Below are positions 47,801 to 52,626 of a DNA stretch of 52,626 nucleotides, piece after piece. Under the pieces are notes generated by a model that had not been told where the DNA came from, did no database searches, and was given only the letters and a program-made list of their open reading frames with translations. Numbering within the stretch: the first letter of the stretch is position 1; the number at the start of each line of letters is the position of its first letter. Location: positions 1 through 52,626 of IMG/VR virus record IMGVR_UViG_3300006790_000021; one strand, given 5' to 3'. A program made the position numbers and the translations under genes. Source of the stretch: a virus (taxonomy: Duplodnaviria; Caudoviricetes).

Positions 47801-49323
47801 TGCTGAAGCCTCTCATCCATCTTCAGCATAAATCGGTTCCCCACCTTAACAGCTCTCAGGAAAGAAGCGGGATCCTTAATGTTCTCAAACTTCTCCCCAC
47901 GGGTGTAGTCAGGCCTTACTTGTTCTTCATTGTAGATTTCCTCAAACTCGGGAATTATCTCCAAAGCTTCCTTGGCTCTTGAAACAGGACCCTCATGCTC
48001 AGGATTATCTTCATATTCCTCAATATAAGCATTGAGGATAGTTTCCATATCCCCCATTCTGCCTTGACCGGCAAAATGGATAGCATTACCCATGAATCTT
48101 TTACCATCTAGGTACTGGTTTTCTCCTTCAGACAACATCTCGTGGGTTTGAGATCTTAGTCTTTCCTCATACTCCTGGCTGTATTTTGGGGGAGACTTGA
48201 CAGCTCTACTAAGTGTATTTACCACAACAGGAGCCACTGCTCCACCAAGCGCACCAAGAATCACACTCGTCCAGAGTTCAGAATCCTTTAAATAGTTATC
48301 AACCCTGTTCAAAAAGTTCTTACCAAAAAATCCAAGAGGGCCGGGACCCTCACCTTTATAAGTAGCATACTCTGCCTCCTTCTGGGCAAGGGTTTGGAAA
48401 CCCTCTTCCCCGCCTTCTGTAACCATCTGAAAGGCAACGTCTCCGGCTCTTCTCCATTTTGAGGGCTTATCGGCAGCCCTTGAAAAAAGTTTCTTTAAAC
48501 CGGAAGCGCCTGGTCTCAGCAAATGACCAAACTGGAGTACATCCACAAAGAACAATGCGGCGTTATCCCTGTAGTTCTTTGCCGCTGCTGCAGCTGCCTC
48601 CTCATGACTATGCCCTTGCCTTATAAGATCATCGTAGAGCCCATAACTCTCCATCATACCCTCTGAGTGCCGGGATACCGTTGCTCCGGCAATACCACCT
48701 ATGAGTCTTTGCATATTTGCACCGGCACCCATAGTTTTTGCAGCCAAGCCTCCAATTCTCCCCACAAAACCCGCAGGAATAAGCAACCCGATAAAACTAC
48801 CAAGACTGCCAATATTCTGAGCCAGCCACCTACCATTTCCTATATTTCCGCTACGGGGAGTATCATAAATCTTTAATCCATCTTCTCTTACCCAGTTTTT
48901 TATATCCCGGCTGGCTCCATGGACGAACTCCCCTATCTGATCTATCATAGTATCATCAAGAAATTCAATACCTTGATCTACCAGATCCCTGAAAAATCCT
49001 TCTCCAATCAGATCTCCCAAGACCGTACCTGGCTTGACCCAAGGTTCCATCCAGGAAGTTATGTCGGCCGTATAACCTATAGCCTCAGTAAGACCAAAAA
49101 CAGCCTCTGAGCCTATCTGCCCAAAAGCATTTACAAGCAGTTCAAGATCCCCCTGGTTTCTTGCAGGAAAATATTCAGGGTGGTGTTTACCAGGAATATA
49201 CCCCTTGTAATGCCTGCTTAGGCGCTGGTTCCCAAAAGTGGGCATAGGGCTGGGTATCCTCTTTTCCGGTTTGACAAGAGTGGGCCCAAAGATTCCCTGT
49301 TCTATGACTGGAGGTTTGCTCAT
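35896..49323 (-). CDS. virion RNA polymerase polyprotein (crAss-type), 4475 aa
   Basis: GFRIPTQ...KTGADFDFDKL catalytic loop at 39034-39048; HEAYH zincin at 43960-43974; N-terminal G/A-rich hydrophobic region; C-terminal SLOG domain. Confidence 0.9.
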   Translation of the reverse strand: MSKPPVIEQGIFGPTLVKPEKRIPSPMPTFGNQRLSRHYKGYIPGKHHPEYFPARNQGDLELLVNAFGQIGSEAVFGLTEAIGYTADITSWMEPWVKPGTVLGDLIGEGFFRDLVDQGIEFLDDTMIDQIGEFVHGASRDIKNWVREDGLKIYDTPRSGNIGNGRWLAQNIGSLGSFIGLLIPAGFVGRIGGLAAKTMGAGANMQRLIGGIAGATVSRHSEGMMESYGLYDDLIRQGHSHEEAAAAAAKNYRDNAALFFVDVLQFGHLLRPGASGLKKLFSRAADKPSKWRRAGDVAFQMVTEGGEEGFQTLAQKEAEYATYKGEGPGPLGFFGKNFLNRVDNYLKDSELWTSVILGALGGAVAPVVVNTLSRAVKSPPKYSQEYEERLRSQTHEMLSEGENQYLDGKRFMGNAIHFAGQGRMGDMETILNAYIEEYEDNPEHEGPVSRAKEALEIIPEFEEIYNEEQVRPDYTRGEKFENIKDPASFLRAVKVGNRFMLKMDERLQQHYNEQFEKIIEDAPGFDRRYEELYRRKTIMDAVNENISDLATAAGTIEGVSTETRNWQQQKIKEYEQELKRLEDEGVDVSNIEDKLKTTQDEKLQELVLRQEDLRLDKEEKIDLLKDLSTEKGIRQYLRNQNELVGKEREGWLSAAGGYIGPGVKVGNEFNQFEVKAARDPDRFILERTDQLTVEDKPVSHDEADMFRGDGSISPERRVNIARKVATKQKLSKVEQEMYEKHKDAINNIRETNMVDNDGEGFSQAQLLDYLWNNSMDTLDTTQHEILMDQVFKGAELKRLSGERETAISEIAKLEREIEIEQKKLTENPGESDDKLKDLQNRLAEQEARLSDTEEEIAAIDDHPLLFKNMNKTSRAEGESDVLMPTVDNPINGKTTFDKESGWAKYAVHVFRTLYGSHRKVDPVTKKHVEQLTENPAQKRFFKFVDSNKIYGQKLYLKLFSVVDNNGEIIRDHLDMFVPQNERERMTEGAKKKPADIINLDTIHNLVKNLDYDRRVEQLEHFGIIRKKTTMHVNGRYPIVIDVDGKPIPFYRSSKGTSGKQTGKWYPFFGMGKDGWFVKGTLDEINNNYGSGRLKRYVDFLDRTLDWDHAIDKKNEPVDEHPYLGSLNEVESIDQFNKEVFGYDSDLSAFTPDPTSGASEWIKQQVQRAEFDLDAPLRQVLRDSLYAVVVNEKGQYVDPELNTIKKEQVPSLGLFSSMMEPDGDKARKRVMHDKNQLDQIKGETQRYEYYHDEITKKLRGIGGKPVDVFIPVISKSFGVTIDSGTVIPIGSAAKNRKQARIIVGLPFHVNLQGRQILFNQGFTYMIDEASGKVFQADKRAINRDNEIETVYQLLMQGARAPKGYDSKIGGKLNRTYEEALKHYIHWREADGTNRGGVAYAKRINKKMHLYLEALDGNKDGENTYDIDTLTEEQVKDWIRAQKYNINSEFLASKATKNYNYITYYPDRGAFDYVNTRQKYSDWLLDPNRDILTTNAPAYDPSVELPQVWNANLMFEYSDYSTGKPEPPSEKIPKVEPTTSKEGSRQKGKWKKIKEKATNAVNKTVDVGKQVTNKKSNKGKGGNPVDSGSVFRNQGEKHEWPPEFLEWFNQKLKENNEEYTELNVLLYHAEWEKLGKPSVKKAPVEQPVETSGKIPPEFYDWYYKQIPKGSEEDTERNTLIYFEQWRTEVAGSNQDSKTSPKTDDDLLSDFLGKEGVPPGLSRSVELLSSSNYIPENIEQTVAWFKIRFPEVDIEVVHDLMKQGAMGRFTEFGRVLLDSAAEEGTLYHEAYHATSYLFMTEPEARRMYNEYRKRYGNKNMTDRQAEEGLAELFRMYVLTGQLPEAKPIRNWFTRLLDFIRTYFGLDTRIKRTFERISNGYYAHMTPDYSRLHELTEPLNRDISMRLPDRTVQYTKEAVTHLHLHFLDAVRESGLRNVITTDGLTPRQFKQIYDRVYDKIGQDIAEYYSKADQMAKALERRVKKRDIPERTVKVVNNHIAEMMNYAESFEKDLESFYSSETNKSWVRLHSEYMRTLKIDVEEETIDELETLTDPDNKWAEETTRKSLFMSAPNSVRFWLSGVIDRGKATGRSETTSNGFRKGLPNAFGIVAKTLANTTDIEDQIVKFQEIIVHHPGLNEAFKDFALDGVALKKPIDELDAAQYMRRAAFFQTFAKYYENYNIDVAQGSKIYRARTNDANLKRQIRNAWEGNYQPKLPKDVRSTIANNEGFSFEDAIKTAEAIGMEIPSIKMKEGDVYMLPDSLKNIVTKKMSHIANNLYKSKKYNPYTDLRGQGDVNSMVNIEFIRSPEYSEGSHYNPEGNSVYDILEYSYYYYTVAGLNTVADEIRRVNNEDTGYTLEQGREKIYEKFPHYRHPYYRTSKILDHIAGGNRIVTGIEEGINSNNNNTEFKKLREPDRFIKEILDLTRGVYHILRPADNSIERTFTLANSADVGAATDEEGNIIEDMSVSTDYLEYPTEVATPEAVISKLQEYLKDELAFLDDAISKRPQMTENWKNYTENIKNYSGIVMSMVTSGTEMAENRILNFLTSSGDLATRQGIFINDSEVIKALQYSFNGIIYSDVIPTLRKYRVQELGFLGKNTLWSDMSEEELASFITISYLKSSIEQTKIFTGHPAQYKNLDDMVKRLSGAVGPKTLSMVDPRSNEYLEKKFKTDGDPYLGVAYVEDPIVASSRFLKPVHDYLFMLPSQGKDYGIISESPYLGKGEHDRVFMMGYKGKEAGTVLYNSKKKSIKIESAKNPRKAIVLVGEYLGREGVSIKAEDNQKIWEALAKEDRVTVGKNDYVYKPQGVEMFTSADVYNTLEEALIERFGEEYGKRKAKLYESIVESDAHGYWTMEAYRILHIRSGDWDYKREASWQWQMQGGWKGEKVTIGKDNPFVELQGKTITRKMVEQPGYLLPPTKPQAFGPNVSANMINMLKFAATPLIPELIQGTALEQLAEKAKNDGTGLTIFHTGSKTGTPLEPGYGTPSNLYDPYGNLNSNPFINDALPWQYIGIQVANAPNFKNESSQGTQKERHIESDLYEQGVPVDFLSGYREIPAKVPFDQAVAPAKIDRFPAYKSEKIYLSTFDLGERITVDRPFEDVKKAYDIQKGLLDEAKLAFEGDPNNTYKEILGDPDMTDYQLGAELLNEALYNIVKIRRILGLPTIDIRGIKEKVMPPAGTVNYQEAINQWNSLDEYQKKTRSPIHRMVSRLREIEGANIEYGLMLAKEKLGLQAVTDNGEVVGYRVDNNKIERAKNWLYRKLSKQRNTSANMLESIRWLQYGTDAMVNSQDVEIILRSLISSSTTNRKVKGKNLMLMPSTLMELKRAPYYYNEEDDKISYQASDLKTYTNDQGKIISMEVYMPHWFEEMYGKEVNIKDIDPRLTKILGFRIPTQALSSLESIIVKDFLPVTANDIVIVPSEIVTKTGADFDFDKLFVNLPNYEIVDGEVKYAEYLTDEEELWEKRKRSFTTNFATDEYLEIQDAYYGALVDMIADKQTQYETVLKAIGDEGFTSKLPKDVKNALSGVWDFIWDRKEFLQESQLNIESAVIAMEEVRETFTQRVEDIKALKEERDAQLRELYKKYRSMWQELPIDLKNGHERLDNLKIELQRTLLLKPERFGELNAPVTIDEGVSVLKDTGNRLLEEREKRLKEYLGDDFYAAKKRYENALYQVGNPVYMQKKGYELQTAKQNISIGALAATAHINFAQANVYIDNINLDIPYNIYTDKTDTSYPSFAGLKDSSSKYYISDLINELVSAYADSPNDPFIHEIGGSGENATIFAMMLSLGVPADYLIALMNQPLIKHYSSRLDVEKSAYFNALRKEGSTAVMGPAEFTRKYKESYRRDYKVSYDSKHIANTNKLWRQATIPFVPDSAGNPLFMDTGEWDHAVQYSALVKYLQLKDLASDYFKYIQASTYNTKHGGKNILSAMLLNEMTEDLITRGPEEVRFVNYNRLFKDGGFLAPHRRAVQESIKILTPFHTFMNNDSIVRMIKDNLIAPMIRGKEFMSFDDQIGVLDRFRSELATAIYHSYYGDRRLFLDERSLIETYEANPVTGKFDHKKINNTIPRRTKELKKLLKKSNYLIDNFVPHLRNKTHIPGHYIDNMTLKGFSGKKVNPMELEMYTDAWRELHEQFPEYSKDLFKFLMLQAGTTESPANFLRIVPNEIFAGDQDVGMINALKAFMPREGDTKTKNMYWFFDQFALNNRDNRIFRWVASKRTISSMKENDAYPFMVKTMGGLRKYYVNGKEIYLRKEKKKDSRTPPYPTLDFKTYASLKDYNSTAPSIFTDKDTETGTNNREIHPLSNRPRRIEKLEQLKSGKRVSIKKVIAGGQWGIDMDSLEIADSLGYETGGTAPYGWRTERGPRKSDLEKYGLVEGPYAKNAAEAYRLRTIRNIENSDVTVIFAQNRNSPGTKLTIQEAEKMNRPLIINPDTQELRDFIADYKPEVINFAGNRQTGMTQEFINYARRTIREALLPCS

Positions 49324-52235
49324 TTCATTTTAGCAATGTTATACCTGATATCAAAATGATAACCGGGCTGAATCTCGTTTGTAGCGGGATCCATGTTATT
49401 ATGAAGAGCCACCATAAGGCTTGTTCCGGGAATACCATACCATTTCACTTCCCCATCCGGAGATCTCCTGAATTCAGGTATAATGTCTTCAAAATATCTT
49501 TGTAGGTCCGGAGTATGTCTCAGGTCTATGGCTCTTCCTTTAGAGTGAGCACTGTCTGCGTCGTTAGGTCTTAGCCCGCTGGTAACGGTGTATTGGATGT
49601 TCTTACCATTTGCCTTGTTATAGGCGTCAAGCTGATAATCAAACTTTCTGAATCCCTTGTCCGGATCCATAAAGACATCATTGAACTTCATGATTATCTT
49701 TGTATTAGCCAAACCCTTCATGGCATTTAGCTCACCATATGGTCCTTCCAGATTTTTAGTATCCGGTGTCAATGTCTGCAAGGCCTGTGTCCTGTCAATA
49801 AGAGCCTGGTGCAATTTATAGGATCCCTGAATGCCGCCTTCAAACTGCATGGGTTCTCCACCGTTGATGGATAGGCTATATACCCCTTCAGGTATATCTG
49901 GCCTGATCTCATAATGAAGCATGAACGTATCATCCGAATCCAGATTAGGAACAATATTCCTGGCCACCTGGGCCAACACTTTTGGAGCCCCCGCAAAATC
50001 AGATACACTGACTGAGCCCTCAACTCCACCCCTCTCATAAACAAACCCGATATCCCCTTCTTTACTGTAAGAGTGTGGACCTTTCCCGTAGGTATCCTCT
50101 CCCAGTAATTCAACAGACTTCACATTCTCAGATATATCCCTTATGAGAGCCTCATGCGCTTGTGGTGTAAAAGTGGGTACGACGTTTCCTTCACTGTCAG
50201 TTGTCATCCATTTTCTTGCAGGATTCATAATACCTCTCGCTATCATATCTGCATGATCCTCATCATTGGCAAACGGTACTTGTCTTCCACCACCAGAAGC
50301 AGCACGCAAGTATATCTGATTCATTGCTCGCTTTTCAGGATGTTCAGCAGCGTATGCGGCATCTCTTGGGATTATGAAAGTACGGTCCCCACTTTCCCTT
50401 CTACCAGCACCTGTATCAACCATTCTTACGACCAAGGGGTCAATCCCCCATCTCCACGGATCAGCAACTCCACCTTTTTTAGAATTCATTGCCAGTAAGG
50501 GTAACGGGTTCTTTTTCTCCATGTAACCTTCAATTACAATCCGGACATCACCAGCCCCGTCTTCATTACCACCATAATCCTTTCTCAACTCTTCAAGACT
50601 ATACATCTTACCAAGTTTTCTGGTGGGAGTAATTTCCATAATTACCGGATCATTCTTACCTCCCATAATGAACAAATCATTGAGGTTTGAACTCTTTTCT
50701 TTAATATTGAGAGCCTTGGCTATTCTTTCTTTATCTTCCTCTGAAAATGCCCGAACAGTAGGAACAAACTTCACTACTTCTTTTTTCATATTTTCCAGAC
50801 CCATGACAGCTTTAACACCTCGGGGTGTAAGAGTCCTGTCCTCGTTTCTATAATTAGAGGGGTCATAATCTGTGACATCTATCCCATCATGCAACAGGGC
50901 TGCTGTTTTTAATAGCTGATCCTGTTTTGGATCATCGGTTAACGGTCTGGACATAACTATTTCTTCAGTCAACGGTTGTGTTTTCGTATTGGTGGGAACA
51001 AGTCCTCCTGGACCAGCCCCGGCCTTATAGTCAAAGTACCCCCTACTCTCTGCAGAAAGACCAAAATCCCAATCCCAATCAAAATCCGTATCTTGCAGGG
51101 CATCATATGAGATATCAAGACTACCCACATTACCTGCCTCATTAAATCCTAAACTTGCCCGACTTGTAGAAGCTTCCTGATTGGCCTTGATCTGAGCCTC
51201 CAAATAGTCATAACTGGTATCGAGATATTTATAATCCTCTACATATTTTGAGTTAACAAGGTTCCTTGCTGAAAAGTCAACCCAGGCATCATAGTCCATT
51301 CCTTCAAAAGGAAGATGACCTTTTTCTACCCTTGCAGCATATTCCTTACGGAAAGACCCATTAGGATCCATCTTCAAATATTCAATCAGATGTTCCCGGG
51401 CATCCTGGCTTTTCTGAAATTGCGTAATCACTCCCGAGCTGTCCATAGATATCTCAGGGAATCCATACCTATCCTTTGTTTCTTTAATGAAACTATCAAT
51501 GACCGGACCATATCCTTCATGGAGAAGATCTACTTCTTCATTAACGCTTTCGCTGCTTTTGGCCATATTGTGATTAAACAGGTAGGTATTGAAGAACAGA
51601 TTCCCTTCTCCATTCTTCTCCCAATAGGTTTTGGATTGATTTACCATTTGGGCTATCTGTATGTTTGCAGGAATGACTTCCTGCATAGCGTTGTTGAGTT
51701 CACCAAAGGCGGCAGTTATAGCGCCCTTGTCTCTCTCACCCATCGCTTTGCCGAGATTCTGTCTACTGTTAAAGAACTTCTGGGTAAAATCAGTAATCGC
51801 TTTTACCTGGGGACCGGTCTTTGCGGTAGAAATGGCGCCCATTATCCCCTGCTCACCAAAGATTGATTTAATACCTGAGTCCATCTGGAGCATAGCACCG
51901 ATCACCGCCAGATTCTCCTGGTTCTCCAGCTGTCTGGTTTTAAAGTCAAACTCTTTGGCCCAGGTGGCTTTCGCCCACTCAAATTTGTCACGGGCAAGAT
52001 CCATCCCCCTTTCCTGAGCCTCTCTTTGGACTTCAAAGGCATACTTCTGCCAATGATGCTGGGTTCTACGCTGAGCCAGCTGTGAGAATTGCACTGCAGC
52101 ATTCACCCCACTGTCTATAGGTTGGGACGCCGCTTGAAAGATCATGGGACTTGTCTGTCCAAGATTGGCCATGGGAGCCTGAATCGGAAGGGCCCCACCC
52201 TGTTGCATTACATGTAGTGGTATCTTCTTCTTCAT
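49320..52235 (-). CDS. virion ejection protein with C-terminal M15-type (LAS) peptidoglycan peptidase
   Basis: VTSGLR...SAHSKGRAIDL...HFDI; likely start MKKKIPLHVMQQGG at 52235, just after the upstream stop. Confidence 0.78.
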   Translation of the reverse strand: MKKKIPLHVMQQGGALPIQAPMANLGQTSPMIFQAASQPIDSGVNAAVQFSQLAQRRTQHHWQKYAFEVQREAQERGMDLARDKFEWAKATWAKEFDFKTRQLENQENLAVIGAMLQMDSGIKSIFGEQGIMGAISTAKTGPQVKAITDFTQKFFNSRQNLGKAMGERDKGAITAAFGELNNAMQEVIPANIQIAQMVNQSKTYWEKNGEGNLFFNTYLFNHNMAKSSESVNEEVDLLHEGYGPVIDSFIKETKDRYGFPEISMDSSGVITQFQKSQDAREHLIEYLKMDPNGSFRKEYAARVEKGHLPFEGMDYDAWVDFSARNLVNSKYVEDYKYLDTSYDYLEAQIKANQEASTSRASLGFNEAGNVGSLDISYDALQDTDFDWDWDFGLSAESRGYFDYKAGAGPGGLVPTNTKTQPLTEEIVMSRPLTDDPKQDQLLKTAALLHDGIDVTDYDPSNYRNEDRTLTPRGVKAVMGLENMKKEVVKFVPTVRAFSEEDKERIAKALNIKEKSSNLNDLFIMGGKNDPVIMEITPTRKLGKMYSLEELRKDYGGNEDGAGDVRIVIEGYMEKKNPLPLLAMNSKKGGVADPWRWGIDPLVVRMVDTGAGRRESGDRTFIIPRDAAYAAEHPEKRAMNQIYLRAASGGGRQVPFANDEDHADMIARGIMNPARKWMTTDSEGNVVPTFTPQAHEALIRDISENVKSVELLGEDTYGKGPHSYSKEGDIGFVYERGGVEGSVSVSDFAGAPKVLAQVARNIVPNLDSDDTFMLHYEIRPDIPEGVYSLSINGGEPMQFEGGIQGSYKLHQALIDRTQALQTLTPDTKNLEGPYGELNAMKGLANTKIIMKFNDVFMDPDKGFRKFDYQLDAYNKANGKNIQYTVTSGLRPNDADSAHSKGRAIDLRHTPDLQRYFEDIIPEFRRSPDGEVKWYGIPGTSLMVALHNNMDPATNEIQPGYHFDIRYNIAKMK

Positions 52236-52237
52236 TA

Positions 52238-52624
52238 TTATATAGGTTCGTATCCTCCTTTTCCTTGTGATCCTCCTCTTGGGTTCCACCACCATCCAGG
52301 ATAGGAACCAGTATTGACTTCAAAATTAGGAGGTACATTATTTCCACCCCAACTAGAACTATTTGGATCAAAATCAATATTCCCAGCTTGAGAATTCTGC
52401 GAACTTACACCTTTAATTCCGGAATAAATATTTCCAATACCCTGAAAAGCCCTACTCGCAGTATCAGCATAAGTTTGACTGATGTTATTGAGCGCACTGG
52501 TTGTCTGGTTACGTGCCGCCATTTTAGAGGCAAGAGCACTACCCCCAATAGTATCCATATTCTGGAGATAACCCTGACCAACGGTACCCATACCCTGGAA
52601 CAGACCTTGAGAAAGCTGATTACT
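52238..52624 (-). CDS. partial (5'-truncated) G/S/N/Q-rich virion cargo protein
   Basis: The frame stays open to the window edge upstream of the track start at 52591. Confidence 0.7.
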   Translation of the reverse strand, partial: SNQLSQGLFQGMGTVGQGYLQNMDTIGGSALASKMAARNQTTSALNNISQTYADTASRAFQGIGNIYSGIKGVSSQNSQAGNIDFDPNSSSWGGNNVPPNFEVNTGSYPGWWWNPRGGSQGKGGYEPI

Positions 52625-52626
52625 CA

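Larger units (their letters stand above)
1..52626. mobile_element. crAss-like bacteriophage genome fragment (probable Bacteroidota host)
   Basis: Gene order PolB, SF2, DnaB, AAA, SSB, primase, UDG, vWA/MoxR; opposite-strand giant proteins including a single-chain RNAP with a DxDxD loop; Bacteroidota-type ClpS; no host housekeeping operons. Confidence 0.9.

Noticed and set aside
51060-51092. DFDWDWDF in the 991-aa protein as a second RNAP catalytic loop
   Set aside because: No surrounding RNAP motifs; it sits in an acidic low-complexity linker.
1-52626. Stop-codon reassignment (TAG or TGA), as seen in some crAss-like phages
   Set aside because: Genes up to 13 kb are open in the standard code. 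The microprotein ORFs change frame at their junctions, so read-through would not join them.

Overview
The whole window reads as part of a crAss-like (Crassvirales-related) dsDNA phage genome, probably infecting a Bacteroidota host, in the standard genetic code. The + strand carries a small early block (1-2.7 kb) with an intracellular-type subtilisin followed by a gapless chain of six tiny overlapping ORFs. It also carries a replication and accessory block (7.3-24.4 kb): family B polymerase, SF2 helicase, DnaB, Sak4-like ATPase, SSB-like protein, primase, UDG, a vWA/zincin plus MoxR module, a resolvase-like nuclease, a UVR-motif protein and ClpS. The - strand carries an isolated tail or receptor-binding cassette with an Asp-box beta-propeller (2.7-7.2 kb) and the late region (24.4-52.6 kb). 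The late region includes a 1357-aa serine-repeat/LamG protein, a DEDD exonuclease, a 1745-aa zincin plus nuclease protein, a 4475-aa virion RNA polymerase polyprotein (DFDFD) ending in a SLOG domain, and an M15-type peptidase. The best candidates for undescribed systems are (i) the subtilisin plus microprotein array, whose members share an N-terminal motif with the protease's own N-terminal extension and contain A_AAA_AAG slippery sites, (ii) phage ClpS plus a UVR-motif protein, and (iii) a helical motif shared by three MoxR/vWA neighbours. All calls come from motif recognition by eye; no searches were run. I saw no tRNA, rRNA or CRISPR array.
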